DNA of 64,000 nt, from NCBI GenBank assembly GCA_017654855.1, contig CM030336.1:1550001-1614000 (forward strand). The letters are read 5' to 3'. Of the stretch, positions 1-9,410 are shown piece after piece. The stretch is from Podospora anserina. Its lineage: Eukaryota. The notes under the pieces are model-generated. The model was not told the DNA's origin. It did no database searches and was given only the letters and a program-made list of their open reading frames with translations. Position 1 is the stretch's first letter. Every line of letters starts with the position of its first letter. A program made the translations under genes and the position numbers.

Positions 1-2
1 CT

Positions 3-809
3 TCTGGCTTTCGGGATTGGAGAAGAGGTTCAATCCGCGCAGTTCAATCATTCGTCACATCTCCAGGAGACGAAAGGGATGTAGTAGGCCACGGCACACA
101 TGTAGCGTGGCTTGCTCTCAAGACAGCCCTCAACGTTGAAGTATACATCGCGAAGGTCTCCGCCGGCAAACAGTTCGATGACAACACAGCCGTGGTGAAA
201 GCAATCGATTGGGCCATGGATCAAGAGGTGGACATTATGGTCATGTCGTTCGGCTCTGCATACATAGATAAGCGGGTGAGCGACGCCATTGACCGTGCTG
301 TAACCACTCGACCGCACCCAACACTTGTCTTTGCGGCGGCGTCAAACTCGGGGCTCAACAGCCGGCCATCGTTTCCTGCCACCCACGACAAGGTTATTGG
401 TGTATATGCCTTGGATGGATACGGAAACGATAACGGGGGCTTGAACCCGTCTCGACAACCAGGAGGCACTTATTTTGGCACATTAGGTGTCGGAATAGAG
501 ATGCTGTGGAACAACAAAAAGGAGGCCCGATCCGGAAGCTCATATGCTGCGCCAATAGCCGCTGGTATCGCCGCGAATTGTCTGGTTTGGCTGGAACACA
601 TGCTTAAGAAGGGGTACTTCAGCCAGGACCAGTACACGTGGCTAAGGACGATTGAGGGGATGCGTTATATGCTCAGGAAGCAGGCTATGGGCTCTAACGG
701 CGATAGAGTGGGGATACTATCATTGGCTCCATGGGTACTATGGAGGCGCGATCTTACTGATGTAGAGGTGTGTACCATTTTGAAGGAAGGCATGCCGCTT
801 TTTCGATAG
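3..809 (+). CDS. Subtilisin-like serine protease (peptidase S8), C-terminal catalytic part; 5' end lies outside the window
   Basis: Frame open from base 3 (same frame as ORF 192..809): catalytic-His motif D-V-V-GHGTHVA, MSFG, oxyanion motif FAAASNSG, catalytic-Ser motif SGSSYAAPIAAG; stop TAG at 807-809. Confidence 0.92.
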   Translation, partial: SGFRDWRRGSIRAVQSFVTSPGDERDVVGHGTHVAWLALKTALNVEVYIAKVSAGKQFDDNTAVVKAIDWAMDQEVDIMVMSFGSAYIDKRVSDAIDRAVTTRPHPTLVFAAASNSGLNSRPSFPATHDKVIGVYALDGYGNDNGGLNPSRQPGGTYFGTLGVGIEMLWNNKKEARSGSSYAAPIAAGIAANCLVWLEHMLKKGYFSQDQYTWLRTIEGMRYMLRKQAMGSNGDRVGILSLAPWVLWRRDLTDVEVCTILKEGMPLFR

Positions 810-1077
810 CCCCATGGGACTTTTAGAATCGTTGAAACACAAGGTAATGAAGGGGAGCGGGGTTTCTCCGTTGTTACGGTAAGGTATTTAAGCTGCGCTT
901 AATCGATCAAAGTCTGAGGCGGGTTAATGGAAGGTGCTTCATTGTGGAACAAGTCATATGAAGACCTGGAACATGTTGAAGCGATCAGTTCATTGCGCAG
1001 GGATACCGCAGAAAGACACGAGAACCTACAAACAATATTGTATCAAAGTGTCGATGTATCGGGCAGAACCTTACTTA

Positions 1078-1890
1078 TCAGTCCTCAAACTCCCTAGCAA
1101 CCGCCCACTGAACCCCATCCGAATCCTCAAGAACCTCAACCTCATCCTCCTCACCCACAAAATCATCCACCGACTCCACCTTCCACTCTTGCACATCCTC
1201 CCTCTCATCACCCAACATACTCGTCCCCTTCAAACTCAACTCATGTTGCATCCTCCCCCTCGCAAACTTAATCCTCCTCACCTGAAACGCCAGAACAAAC
1301 TCGCTCGCTGTATCAAAAGCGACACCCTGGAGTCTATTCCTCCCAATTTGCAGCAACGGCTTCACCTCCGCCACCCCCTCCGGCCCCGACACCCCCACTC
1401 GCGCATCTACCTCCAGTGTCCTCTCCAACGACACCGACGCCCCCCTGGCAATCTTGACACCAGTAACGATATACACCGGCACGCGGTATTTTCTCTCCGT
1501 CAAATACCCCTTTACATCATCCTGCTCCGATACCCGCTGTATATACTCCTCCGTCGCGACAAACTCTCCTGTTTCGAGCTCGGGGACTTGTATCACGTCG
1601 TTGGAGCCGCGCTCGAGAAATAAACCGAGGTCGGCGCCCATCGGGAGGTTGAGGCCGGCGAGGAGGGTGGTCCAGAGGCCGAAACGGCCGGTGAGGAGGT
1701 CTTTCCGCATGGAGGAGAAGGAAGTTACTGTTGTTGGGGGTAGCAGGTCGTCGGGGTTGATGGGGAGTCGCGATTTTCGGTTTAGGGGTATCAAGTCCGG
1801 GCTGAGGGGGTCGGGGAGGATGTCGCCGAGGCGGAGGGAGGAGGGGGAGGTGGTGAAGTTGGGGGCTAAGATGTAGGTTTTCTTTGCCAT
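1078..1890 (-). CDS. Fungal gasdermin (RCD-1/HET-Q1-like pore-forming cell-death protein), 270 aa
   Basis: Intronless ORF with the fungal gasdermin signature blocks: N-terminal TYILAPNF...LRLGDILPDPLSP..PLN, central VPVYIVTGVKIARGA, FVLAFQVRRI, then KGTSML followed by a 44-aa acidic tail; adjacent to an S8 protease gene as is typical for this family. Confidence 0.88.
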   Translation of the reverse strand: MAKKTYILAPNFTTSPSSLRLGDILPDPLSPDLIPLNRKSRLPINPDDLLPPTTVTSFSSMRKDLLTGRFGLWTTLLAGLNLPMGADLGLFLERGSNDVIQVPELETGEFVATEEYIQRVSEQDDVKGYLTERKYRVPVYIVTGVKIARGASVSLERTLEVDARVGVSGPEGVAEVKPLLQIGRNRLQGVAFDTASEFVLAFQVRRIKFARGRMQHELSLKGTSMLGDEREDVQEWKVESVDDFVGEEDEVEVLEDSDGVQWAVAREFED

Positions 1891-2718
1891 TGGTGCGGTG
1901 GGAATGGTGATGGTGAGCGAAAGTTGGTTGGAATGGAGGTGGTAAGGGGGGGCGGTAGAGCGTTTGTTGTGAGGAGTCTTGACGGTGAAATCGTTTGGTG
2001 CGGGGTGTTTTCTCGTCAGCTTTGGGGCTTACACCAATGGCGCTGTATGCCGAGCCTGGGTGAGCTTCAGGTCCAGCTTCGCGACAAGTCATGGTCGGGG
2101 ATGGATGAATGGCCAGTAATTGACTGCTAGCCATTCTTGACCTGAACGATGTAGGTACTCATTATCCCCTCAGCTGAGTACCGAGGCAAACCAGACCAGG
2201 CGATCATATTTGCGTGCTTATTTCATAATACACGGGAGAGTTGGTCTTGGCTCCTAAAGGCTAAGGCAGCGGACGGCTGTTACACCGAGCTTGCTGTAAT
2301 ACTGCTTATTTTCGATATTAGCCTCGGACTTGTGGTTTCAAGTTGTTACCTCCTGTGTTACTGTCGTTAGATACTCGCCATGCTCGGATAATTGCGCTTA
2401 TGATCAAGATGAGTGATCATCTCTCCGAGATCATCATGGTGATCGCTGTTTTGGCAAAGAGATACCGTCTACGGCGACACCGTGTGGCTTGCAGTCTTAC
2501 ACCAAGAACTAGAGAAGATTTCGAAGCCATCAAAAATAGCAAAAGATCAGAATATAGAGAGAATGGAGATAACGATGCTGTCAAAGCAAAGTATAAAGAC
2601 TCATGGTTCTCCATCCCATCCTTTCGTCTCTCATCATCACCACCAGCTCATTCACCAACCCAGCTTTGACAACCACTTCTCAAGACACCCCAAGACAACC
2701 GCTTCAACCAATCTCAAA

Positions 2719-3402
2719 ATGAAGTTCTTCACCACCCTCCTCTCCATGGTAACCCTCACCTCCGCCGCCGCAGTAAACTACGATTTCTACGCCCCTGTCG
2801 ACGCCCTCGCCAAACGTGAAGCCGCCGCAGCCCTCAGCTTCGACCCTGCCCACGACCCCCTCTCCGCCCGCGGTGACGAAGACGTCAACATCATCACCGC
2901 TTCTCTCGACGACGGAGCCGAAAAGGTTGAAATCATCGTCGACGGTGTTTCCCAGGGGTATCTGATCGTCAGCCCCGATGGCGATGGTAACCCCACCCCT
3001 TTTTACCCCCTTAAACTTCCAAATGAAACTAACCCATCCCTCCCACAGTCCAAGGCTTCGACGGCAACGGCACCTTGGTCGACCTCGACGCCGTCCTCGC
3101 CGCTCGTGACGTCGAGCACGTTGACAAGCGTGCTCTTGGCTGGCTCCAGGTTCTGGCTAGACTTGCTCCCATCATCACAAAGTTTGGCCAACGGGTTGTC
3201 AACTGGTTGAGGTGTGTTGGTGCTTGGAGTTTGATTTTGGATTGTGCTCCCAAGGTACGAACCCCCGGTGGTGTACGTTGAGATGTGATGGCTGACAGTT
3301 TGGATTTTTACCTAGCTCATCAACTGCGCTACTTATGGCAAGGCACCTTGGGAGTGCATTGCTGGGATTAACTGCATTGGAAAGGCTGCTAGGAACTGCT
3401 AA
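2719..3402 (+). CDS. Secreted pre-pro-peptide; KR-processed 69-aa cationic, 6-Cys C-terminal peptide (3 exons)
   Basis: ATG 2719 with signal peptide MKFFTTLLSMVTLTSA; introns 2987-3048 (GTAACC..CTAAC..CAG) and 3255-3315 (GTACGA..CTGAC..TAG) join the frames; AKR and DKR dibasic sites; ends ...CIGKAARNC-TAA at 3400-3402. Confidence 0.8.
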
Positions 3403-3860
3403 ACAGACTGTCGAGGTTGCTCTGGAGGGAGACTGAGATTTGTGGGCGAGGTGTTATGAGGTGTTTGCTTGGATGGTTGGACTGCGTGGTTTTGTTAGTT
3501 GTCTTTGGCTTCGCTGTGTGTTTAAGATATGATATTCTTCAGGCAGGTGGTGCGGTGGCCTGGTCAAGACATGTCAGCTGAGTGAGTTGAAAACAGTTTA
3601 TCGTTGTGATGCCATACCGGTCCTTCATCTTGTGAGCTGGGCTGCCCAATCAGAGCTTTTCCCCTCTTGTGACTGAGACCTTTTCATTGGGGAAGAGCAC
3701 AGCCACATCTCGATCGTGAGCGTTAGCCCCGTATTCAGGGGCTAGTAAGCAGGGGTAATGTTTCCCCGCTGGAACATAGATATTCTTTGAAGAAGGCTTG
3801 TCACTTTGAAAGCTTTCCACATCCTCAAAAAAACAAAGCAAGATCACTTCAGAAGACATC

Positions 3861-6254
3861 ATGAAGAAGCTATTCCGAAAGCTCAAAGACAAAAAACCCA
3901 CTGGCAATGACCAGGGTCTCTCGGAGACAACCTCTCTCCGGGAAGCTCTCCCCTCCATTGCTCAAGACATCACACCGCCTGCTCCCATCCAAACTCCGGT
4001 TGCTCAACCATCACCCCCTACAACTACAGCACCACCCATAGAAGTCCTCCCATCAAGCAACATCTGTCAAATCTGCTTCCACCTCGACGCAACACACGCC
4101 CCTAGAGATGGCAACCTCAACACCAAAGACCCTTCCTGGGCCGAACTTGAGTACAATCTCCCACCGGACACACATGCCGCCAAACTTGTCCCCAAATCAG
4201 AGGATCTCATCAATTCGGCAAACGGCGGCTGCATGCACTGTTTCATCGTGCGCACAGCGTTGAATGCCATCCATCCAGGCTGGGAGAATGAAAAGACCAT
4301 CCTCCACGTTTTCCTGGCGCCTGGTGTGCCCGTGGTGGTGCGACTAGAGTTCGGAAGCTTGATCACGACGCATATGAGCCGGGAGGAAGCGTTGCAGACT
4401 TATGGCTTTGATGTCCCGGTCAAGTTCACGGTCATTGTTCGTGATCCTGAGAAGCCCAGTGTTGATGTCGAGATTTATCGACCACTGTCGCCAAGCCCCT
4501 CTGGAGGCTCTGGCACCCCTGGACCAGGTAAATACCCCTCTTCCCCGTATTGTCAGAAGCTTTATCTGTTCTGTTTGCCGATTCGTCGTGTGTTAGGCTT
4601 CGACTTGTCATCCCTTGTACGGCACGTCGGCTTCGGCGAGGAGATCCCACAGTGTGCCGGTAATGAGGACTCGTTAAATTTCATCAACCAACGAGTGAAC
4701 GAGTGCATCACATCCCATAGCTGTGAAGGCAACAACAAGCTGCTTCCACAGTTGCCTAGCCGGGTGATCTGGGTTCAGGCGCACACGCCGAGCCGTATTC
4801 AGCTTGTTGAGCCCACTGGAATCCGCGCCAAGTACATAGCTCTCAGTTACTGCTGGGGTTCCGTCTCGCCAGATACCTATCTCACTGATGCACGCAACCT
4901 GGAGTCAAGGAAAGCGGGGATCAACTACGATGAGCTTCCGCCGCTTCTGCAAGACGTTGTAACGTGTGTCCGCGCCCTCGGGATCGAGTATCTGTGGGTT
5001 GACCGGCTGTGTATCGTCCAAGGCGATGGTGGTGACTTTTCCACGCAGGCACCCAAGATGGGTGACATTTACGGGGATGCCACACTCACCATCGCAGCCG
5101 CCTCTGGGGAGTCTGAAAATGATCGCATTCTTCTTGAAAGAGACACCAAGGCCGGCCCGTTCTCGCTTGACCTAAAGCTCAAGGGCATGGGTACGCTAAC
5201 GCTGAAGGTCCGTCAACGAACGCACAAGATTGAAACCGAATATGTGGGAGGAGACTATGGTCGGGTTTCAACACGGGCCTGGATCTGGCAGGAACGTCTT
5301 CTCTCGTCTCGCACCGTGTTCTTCACCCCCCGTGCTCTCAAGTTTGAATGCCATCACCACTCGGTTTGGCAAGGTTATGCCCCTGGCGTTGTTGGAAACT
5401 CGTGGTCAACACACGTCGAGTTGGCCTCCAGCTCACACAACGCATGGCTACGGTTGCTCATCGAGTTTATGAAGCGCAACATTACCAACGCATCGGACCG
5501 GCTGCCCGCCATCGAGTCCGTCATGAAGCGAATCGCAGTCAACACCGGTTGGAGCCCTTTTTGGGGCGTCTTCGAGGAGAAGCTTGTCGAAAGCCTTGGC
5601 TGGAGCGCCATAGACCTGAAAACATCTTCGGGGCAGGCTAGCTGCCGTATGAATCCTGGACACTATGCTCCGACGTGGAGTTGGGCGAGCGTTGATGGTG
5701 AGATTACGTATATCCATGTGTTGACCGACCAGCACTACGCGCCCTTGCACCAGGTTGATCCCCTCATGTACGAACTGCAATGTCGAGATCTTGATCGTGC
5801 CACTGGCGCTATTACAATGATCGGAAGCTATCTCATTGGCGGCATTCGATGTACCATCGAGCCGAACGCATCGTACAGCGAAGAGAGTGAGATGACCCGT
5901 GAGGTGGGCAAGTACCGCTACACCCACAACGTCCGGGTATCTGGACAGCATCCGGACTTCCTCTTCAATCCTGATGTCCCATTGATGTCGGTGGAGGGTG
6001 ACCCAAATCAGCCATACTCGGGCTCGGCGGTAAGAGCGCCGTACGGGGTCAACAATGCAACAGAGGAATGGACCGGAAATTGTTTGGTCTTGTTGGTTGC
6101 GAGACGAAACAAAAGGTCACTGGCTCTTCTGCTGGGAGCTTCGCTGAGAGATATCGATGGAGCGGCGTGGGAACGTATTGGACTATCCACCTCGATTGAT
6201 GTGTCTGTCTGGGACGAGGAACATGTCAAGACGGGGCCAGTTAGGGTTGTATGA
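3861..6254 (+). CDS. HET-domain (PF06985-like) protein
   Basis: Motifs KYIALSYCWG, YLWVDRLCIVQGD, MGDIYGDATLTIAA, TRAWIWQERLLS, DRLPAI, APTWSWAS; probable in-frame 69-nt intron 4528-4596 (GTAAAT..TTAG). Confidence 0.93.
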   Translation: MKKLFRKLKDKKPTGNDQGLSETTSLREALPSIAQDITPPAPIQTPVAQPSPPTTTAPPIEVLPSSNICQICFHLDATHAPRDGNLNTKDPSWAELEYNLPPDTHAAKLVPKSEDLINSANGGCMHCFIVRTALNAIHPGWENEKTILHVFLAPGVPVVVRLEFGSLITTHMSREEALQTYGFDVPVKFTVIVRDPEKPSVDVEIYRPLSPSPSGGSGTPGPGKYPSSPYCQKLYLFCLPIRRVLGFDLSSLVRHVGFGEEIPQCAGNEDSLNFINQRVNECITSHSCEGNNKLLPQLPSRVIWVQAHTPSRIQLVEPTGIRAKYIALSYCWGSVSPDTYLTDARNLESRKAGINYDELPPLLQDVVTCVRALGIEYLWVDRLCIVQGDGGDFSTQAPKMGDIYGDATLTIAAASGESENDRILLERDTKAGPFSLDLKLKGMGTLTLKVRQRTHKIETEYVGGDYGRVSTRAWIWQERLLSSRTVFFTPRALKFECHHHSVWQGYAPGVVGNSWSTHVELASSSHNAWLRLLIEFMKRNITNASDRLPAIESVMKRIAVNTGWSPFWGVFEEKLVESLGWSAIDLKTSSGQASCRMNPGHYAPTWSWASVDGEITYIHVLTDQHYAPLHQVDPLMYELQCRDLDRATGAITMIGSYLIGGIRCTIEPNASYSEESEMTREVGKYRYTHNVRVSGQHPDFLFNPDVPLMSVEGDPNQPYSGSAVRAPYGVNNATEEWTGNCLVLLVARRNKRSLALLLGASLRDIDGAAWERIGLSTSIDVSVWDEEHVKTGPVRVV

Positions 6255-6814
6255 GTGTGACGGAGGGGGCTCTGTACAACGAACTGCATTCGGCTGGCTT
6301 CTTCTGGGGTGCTCGTACTGGCCGATTTGTGAGTCATCTACAAATGATCAACATCAAGTACTGGAAAAGGTGGACTCACCAAAACAATGACCCGATTGTG
6401 ATTTGCAACTGAGCCGCGGATAAGTCAACGGAGGTGGTTTATAAGAGAGTGCCTCCGGAAACAAAACAACGAGAGATTTTAGTGAAATGGCGGAATCCAG
6501 CAGAGCGGGGTAGGTAGAGTGTAATAAGGCAGGCAGGGCAGGAGCAACATTGACAATAGAAGCATGACGCAACGAAGAGCCGCTGCAGCCTTGACATGCT
6601 GCCTGCCTTGTGAACTACTACTCTGGCACGTAATGACTGGTCTTTTTCTGCCCACTGTCTGACAGTAACTCGCGACCTGGAGCGAAAGCTGAGGAGTGAA
6701 CTTGAAGGACCAGTGCCCAACACCAAACAACACCTTCTTCCCCTCGCGTTTGCCCTTCACCCAACTTTCCCCCGCCAACACGCCGCTTCGAGACAACTAC
6801 GTCCAGCAAACAAC

Positions 6815-7339
6815 ATGATATCTCCGGTTCAGGCACCATCTCAAGCCCATGGCATCGGTCTTCGCCGTCTGCCCACTGAGCTTCGGTACCAGATCTACCG
6901 TCCGGTTTGGGAGCCGCGGGTCATCTTTCTGGGAGACAAAACATGCTACGAGTTCCCTGACAACCTGCCTGGTAGATCGCGATGCGACACACAAAGGCCA
7001 CCAGTTACATTCCACATCAGCTACGAGGCCGGAGAGGAAACGCTGAGACACTATCACAAGTATTTCATCATCGCGCATGATCCGTCTAGAAGGCTCAAGT
7101 TGTATGGATATGTTAATCCGCACCTCGACATTCTACATTTTGACCAATCCATAACTCCCGAACACTGGTCTTCGTATTTGTTCCAGGACCTCGAACTTCC
7201 TCTCAACTTTCGAATCGAACCCCCTATTACTCGCCCCATCCTCCGCCTCTCGCTCAGTCCCAGCGTCCCTGCCCGTGACAAGAAGAAAAAGCCAACGAAT
7301 ATGCTACGTTCAGGAAACTCTTTGACCCTTGGTAGGTAG
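6815..7339 (+). CDS. 2EXR-domain protein, short/truncated paralogue
   Basis: LRRLPTELRYQIY...PRVIFL...PPVTFHISYEAGEETLRHY...YVNPHLDILHF; aligns by eye with the N-terminal third of 7599..9125 and ends soon after PILRLSL. Confidence 0.65.
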   Translation: MISPVQAPSQAHGIGLRRLPTELRYQIYRPVWEPRVIFLGDKTCYEFPDNLPGRSRCDTQRPPVTFHISYEAGEETLRHYHKYFIIAHDPSRRLKLYGYVNPHLDILHFDQSITPEHWSSYLFQDLELPLNFRIEPPITRPILRLSLSPSVPARDKKKKPTNMLRSGNSLTLGR

Positions 7340-7598
7340 TTTAAAGCGTTTGCAGCCTGAAGCTTAATGTTTGACTTTGAGTTGCTAGTTAGACTTTAGA
7401 AATCATAAAGAAAAGAGACAACTGTTTTGCCTCAGTTGACTCACATTGATAGTTTGCGTTGTGCCTTTCATTGGCACTCTGACCTTCATGAGTCAACATT
7501 AGACTTCACTTGGTTTTATAAACCAGCTCTTCCCGCTGCCATCGTGTCATTCATATAACCTTCTATTTGCATATATGTCATATTTCCGCATTTGAACC

Positions 7599-9125
7599 AT
7601 GCTACCGCGAAGGAACTCAAACCACCAGCGACCGGTGCTCTCTCAGCAATTAGACCTCACGGGACAGTCTGGCCTGCCGTCTGGTTTCAGGTTTCGTTCC
7701 CTACCAGTTGAGTTGAGATTGCAGGTTTATCGAGAAGCATGGAAGTCTACCATCATCCTGGTGTCGTTCCACGGATGTTGGCAGCCGCTTCAAGTTATGA
7801 AAAGGGGCAAAATGCCTGCCACCTTACATCTATGCTTGGAAGCAAGGCAAGAAACTCTGAAATATTATCATCTGTACAAAGCATCAGCAGCAAAACTCGT
7901 TGCCCCGAAGATTTCTTTTACTCAATGTGGCTACATTAACCCAAATCTCGACATCATACATCTCGACGTTCCCTTTGGATCAGGCCCTGTGGAAGGGCAC
8001 ATTCAGATTGAAAGACTTAGTCCGGCTACCCTGAGATTGACATTGGGCCGTGCCCTAGTACCAAGTGCAGTACTGAAGTGGTTTGCTGAGAAACCCCAGC
8101 TGTTCGCGGGGCTTAAGACCATTGATTTCTGGGTCTGGACCCCGTCTCGAATGTTTGAAAACGGAGTTACGGAACGATACCGAATCTGCCGTGTCCCGCC
8201 CTCAACACCACTTACTCCGGTGGTTCATCGAAAAAACATCGTTTACAAGCCAGCAGCAGTCGATAGTCGCTTGTGCCCAAATTCCCACTGTCAGACGCCA
8301 ATCTGGCACTGGAAATACGACCCTGAAGCCAGCTATTGTGTCGCCTCTACCGGCCCTTATATCATCTCGCAGCGCCCCTTTGTTCGCGGAGAGGAAATTA
8401 AGCTTCCTGATCCAGACGGCTCCGCCAGGGTTGTGATGCCCTCCATCAGCTTTGATTGGAAAGCCACCCGCGCCCGAGCTTTGTTGCGGGAGACAGACGT
8501 GCTCCTCTTTGACCCGGGCGATGGGATGAAGAGGCGTGAATGGGTCATTTGCAAGGTTGTTGATCCATCCGAAATACCCAACAAACTCGTTATACAGCTG
8601 GGCGCCCGATACCTGCTATATTTGGACTGGGATTTGGCCCACTACGCGACACTTCTTCAACAACGGGAGATCACAGCCCTAATGGAACAACATCCTGATA
8701 CAAGTCAATTTCTGACCGAGATGCTTCCTATGTTGGACCATTTGAGCATAACTAGGTACTCCAGGTCCCCGCCGCTTGGTCCAGATTGGTATTACACTAA
8801 GTACCGTGACTGGGAGGGTTGTAAAGATGTTGCGCATGGTGTCTGCGGTCCTGGGTGGTTGTATGCGGCAGGCCAGAGCTTCCCTTTACAGGGTCTGCAT
8901 CAAAGCGGTGTGGAAGAGCTTTATCCAAAAGCAAGGGAGAACAGGATCCGCAAGGTGATGAAATCCCGGGAAGTTATTGACAACGGAGGAAAGGGATGCC
9001 AGATTTGTCAAGGGTTTCTACCAATTAACTCACCTGGAAGACCTTGTCAGATGTGCTGGGAAATTGTTCCATCAGTGCGAAGCTGGGAAACTGAATGGTC
9101 AACTTGGAAATGGGCACCTTTGTGA
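7599..9125 (+). CDS. 2EXR-domain protein with Cys-rich C-terminal region, 508 aa
   Basis: FRSLPVELRLQVYREAW...MPATLHLCLEARQETLKYY...GYINPNLDIIHL = 2EXR-type motif set; C-terminal CxxC pairs (CQIC, CQMC). Confidence 0.75.
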   Translation: MLPRRNSNHQRPVLSQQLDLTGQSGLPSGFRFRSLPVELRLQVYREAWKSTIILVSFHGCWQPLQVMKRGKMPATLHLCLEARQETLKYYHLYKASAAKLVAPKISFTQCGYINPNLDIIHLDVPFGSGPVEGHIQIERLSPATLRLTLGRALVPSAVLKWFAEKPQLFAGLKTIDFWVWTPSRMFENGVTERYRICRVPPSTPLTPVVHRKNIVYKPAAVDSRLCPNSHCQTPIWHWKYDPEASYCVASTGPYIISQRPFVRGEEIKLPDPDGSARVVMPSISFDWKATRARALLRETDVLLFDPGDGMKRREWVICKVVDPSEIPNKLVIQLGARYLLYLDWDLAHYATLLQQREITALMEQHPDTSQFLTEMLPMLDHLSITRYSRSPPLGPDWYYTKYRDWEGCKDVAHGVCGPGWLYAAGQSFPLQGLHQSGVEELYPKARENRIRKVMKSREVIDNGGKGCQICQGFLPINSPGRPCQMCWEIVPSVRSWETEWSTWKWAPL

Positions 9126-9410
9126 ATTGTACTGTCCTTACTCCATTGACGGCGTGTGGAGACAAGCTATCGAAGAAGCTTACTTCTTAAGAGCTGACGA
9201 GTTTGGATCGGATAATACGTCAGATACCAACTCTGAGGCTGGAGGATGAGCCTTGACCTGCTTGAAGGGACAGAGCCTTTAACTAAAAGTGTAGCGCGGA
9301 GAGAGTGGCAGAAATCATCTACTTTAACTATCCTGAATCTGTTTAAGCGTGGCGTTGACTCCAAAATAGTGAGGTACTGACGAGGCACGCATTTCCTTTC
9401 GTTGTGCAGC

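Noticed and set aside
934-1623. 229-aa plus-strand ORF
   Set aside because: Antisense shadow of the gasdermin gene, with L/H/P-rich low-complexity composition.
1078-1890. Naming the gasdermin/protease pair het-Q1/het-Q2
   Set aside because: het-Q1 and het-Q2 are alternative idiomorphs, whereas here both genes coexist; the sequence shows family motifs only, so no symbol was assigned.
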